Below, piece by piece: positions 38,138 to 38,704 of a stretch of 38,704 nt of DNA. Origin of the DNA: Thermoplasmata archaeon (GTDB taxonomy: Archaea > Thermoplasmatota > Thermoplasmata > Sysuiplasmatales > Sysuiplasmataceae); contig JAKABN010000003.1 of assembly GCA_021796895.1 (NCBI GenBank), positions 1-38,704 of the forward strand, given 5' to 3'. The translations under genes and the position numbers were made by a program. The notes under the pieces are model-generated. The model saw only the letters and a list, made by a program, of their open reading frames with translations, had not been told where the DNA came from and searched no databases. Position 1 is the first letter of the stretch. Each line of letters starts with the position of its first letter.

Positions 38138-38704
38138 ATGTTTTCGACAAAGCACATCAGGAGCAAAACCGGAGCAATGACCGGAAAGACAATCGCTGTT
38201 GCCGTCATTGTAATATTCATTGTGGCTGCGATAGCCGGAGCGCTGTATATTACTTCAAAGAAACCGTCTTCCTCATCTTCCGGCACGACTCTGACAATAA
38301 ACTGGAGCCTGTCCGGATCGGAAGGCAACTACATGGCAAAGACGGTAATTCCCCTGTTTGAGAAGGCATATCCCAACATTACTGTGAAATATTCCACGCT
38401 GGGTTCGTCTACAATCATCAGCTCGCTGCTTTCACAGGAATCGGCACATCATGTGACCGTCAACATAATTGAAGAGGATAATCTGGAGATGGGGGCGCTT
38501 GTTTCTCAGGGTCTTGTGATTCCGCTTAATCCGTATCTGAGCCAGCTTGAAGCCATGAGCGGCGGGTCAACCGGCACTACCGCATCCGGAACAATAATAC
38601 CTGCGTATTACAAGGAGGGGCTTTTCAACGGCACCTACTACTTTTTCCCGTTCAGGGGAAATGTTCAGCTTTCCTACTATAACCAGTCTGCGCTTACAAA
38701 GGTC
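38138..38704 (+). CDS. Sugar ABC transporter substrate-binding protein (family 1), 3'-truncated; missing from the ORF track
   Basis: Manual translation is open to the window end: MFSTKHIRSKTGAMTGKTIAVAVIVIFIVAAIAGALY, a Ser-rich linker, IPLFEKAYPNITVKY, GLVIPLNPY and FNGTYYFFPFRGNVQLSYYN. Confidence 0.85.
   Translation, partial: MFSTKHIRSKTGAMTGKTIAVAVIVIFIVAAIAGALYITSKKPSSSSSGTTLTINWSLSGSEGNYMAKTVIPLFEKAYPNITVKYSTLGSSTIISSLLSQESAHHVTVNIIEEDNLEMGALVSQGLVIPLNPYLSQLEAMSGGSTGTTASGTIIPAYYKEGLFNGTYYFFPFRGNVQLSYYNQSALTKV

Noticed and set aside
1-38704. CRISPR array, rRNA or long tandem repeat
   Set aside because: No regularly spaced repeats or rRNA-like segments were seen, and intergenic gaps are short.

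Overview
Archaeal chromosomal window. Gene content and order suggest Thermoplasmatota; this is an inference. Bases 1-34.7 kb are mostly housekeeping: a thiamine salvage operon (two MFS paralogues, thiD, a PurM/HypE/ThiL-fold gene, thiE), the str cluster (rps12, rps7, EF-2, an inverted lysE-type gene, EF-1alpha, rps10), thrB, three tRNAs (two with 37/38 introns), an MtaB-type methylthiotransferase, map, tsaC, sucCD, mscS, an orphan ABC binding protein, DNA ligase, a nuclease-less Hef helicase, GluRS, CysRS, a pilin-like protein, pyrD/pyrK and a B12 acyl-CoA mutase trio. After tRNA-Cys come a tyrosine integrase and an AT-richer accessory segment. Main observations: (1) a 317-aa intein in the EF-2 P-loop; (2) an orphan IS200/IS605 (TnpB omegaRNA-like) right end lying between the TATA box and tRNA-Gln; (3) the mutase has isobutyryl-CoA mutase (Phe/Gln) rather than methylmalonyl-CoA mutase (Tyr/Arg) specificity residues; (4) a PurM-fold enzyme sits inside a thiD-thiE operon that shows no thiM or thiL in the window; (5) the integrase N-terminus looks disrupted and the adjacent tRNA-Cys intron has a mismatched BHB; (6) about a third of genes appear to start with TTG. 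All calls are by eye; no database searches were run.
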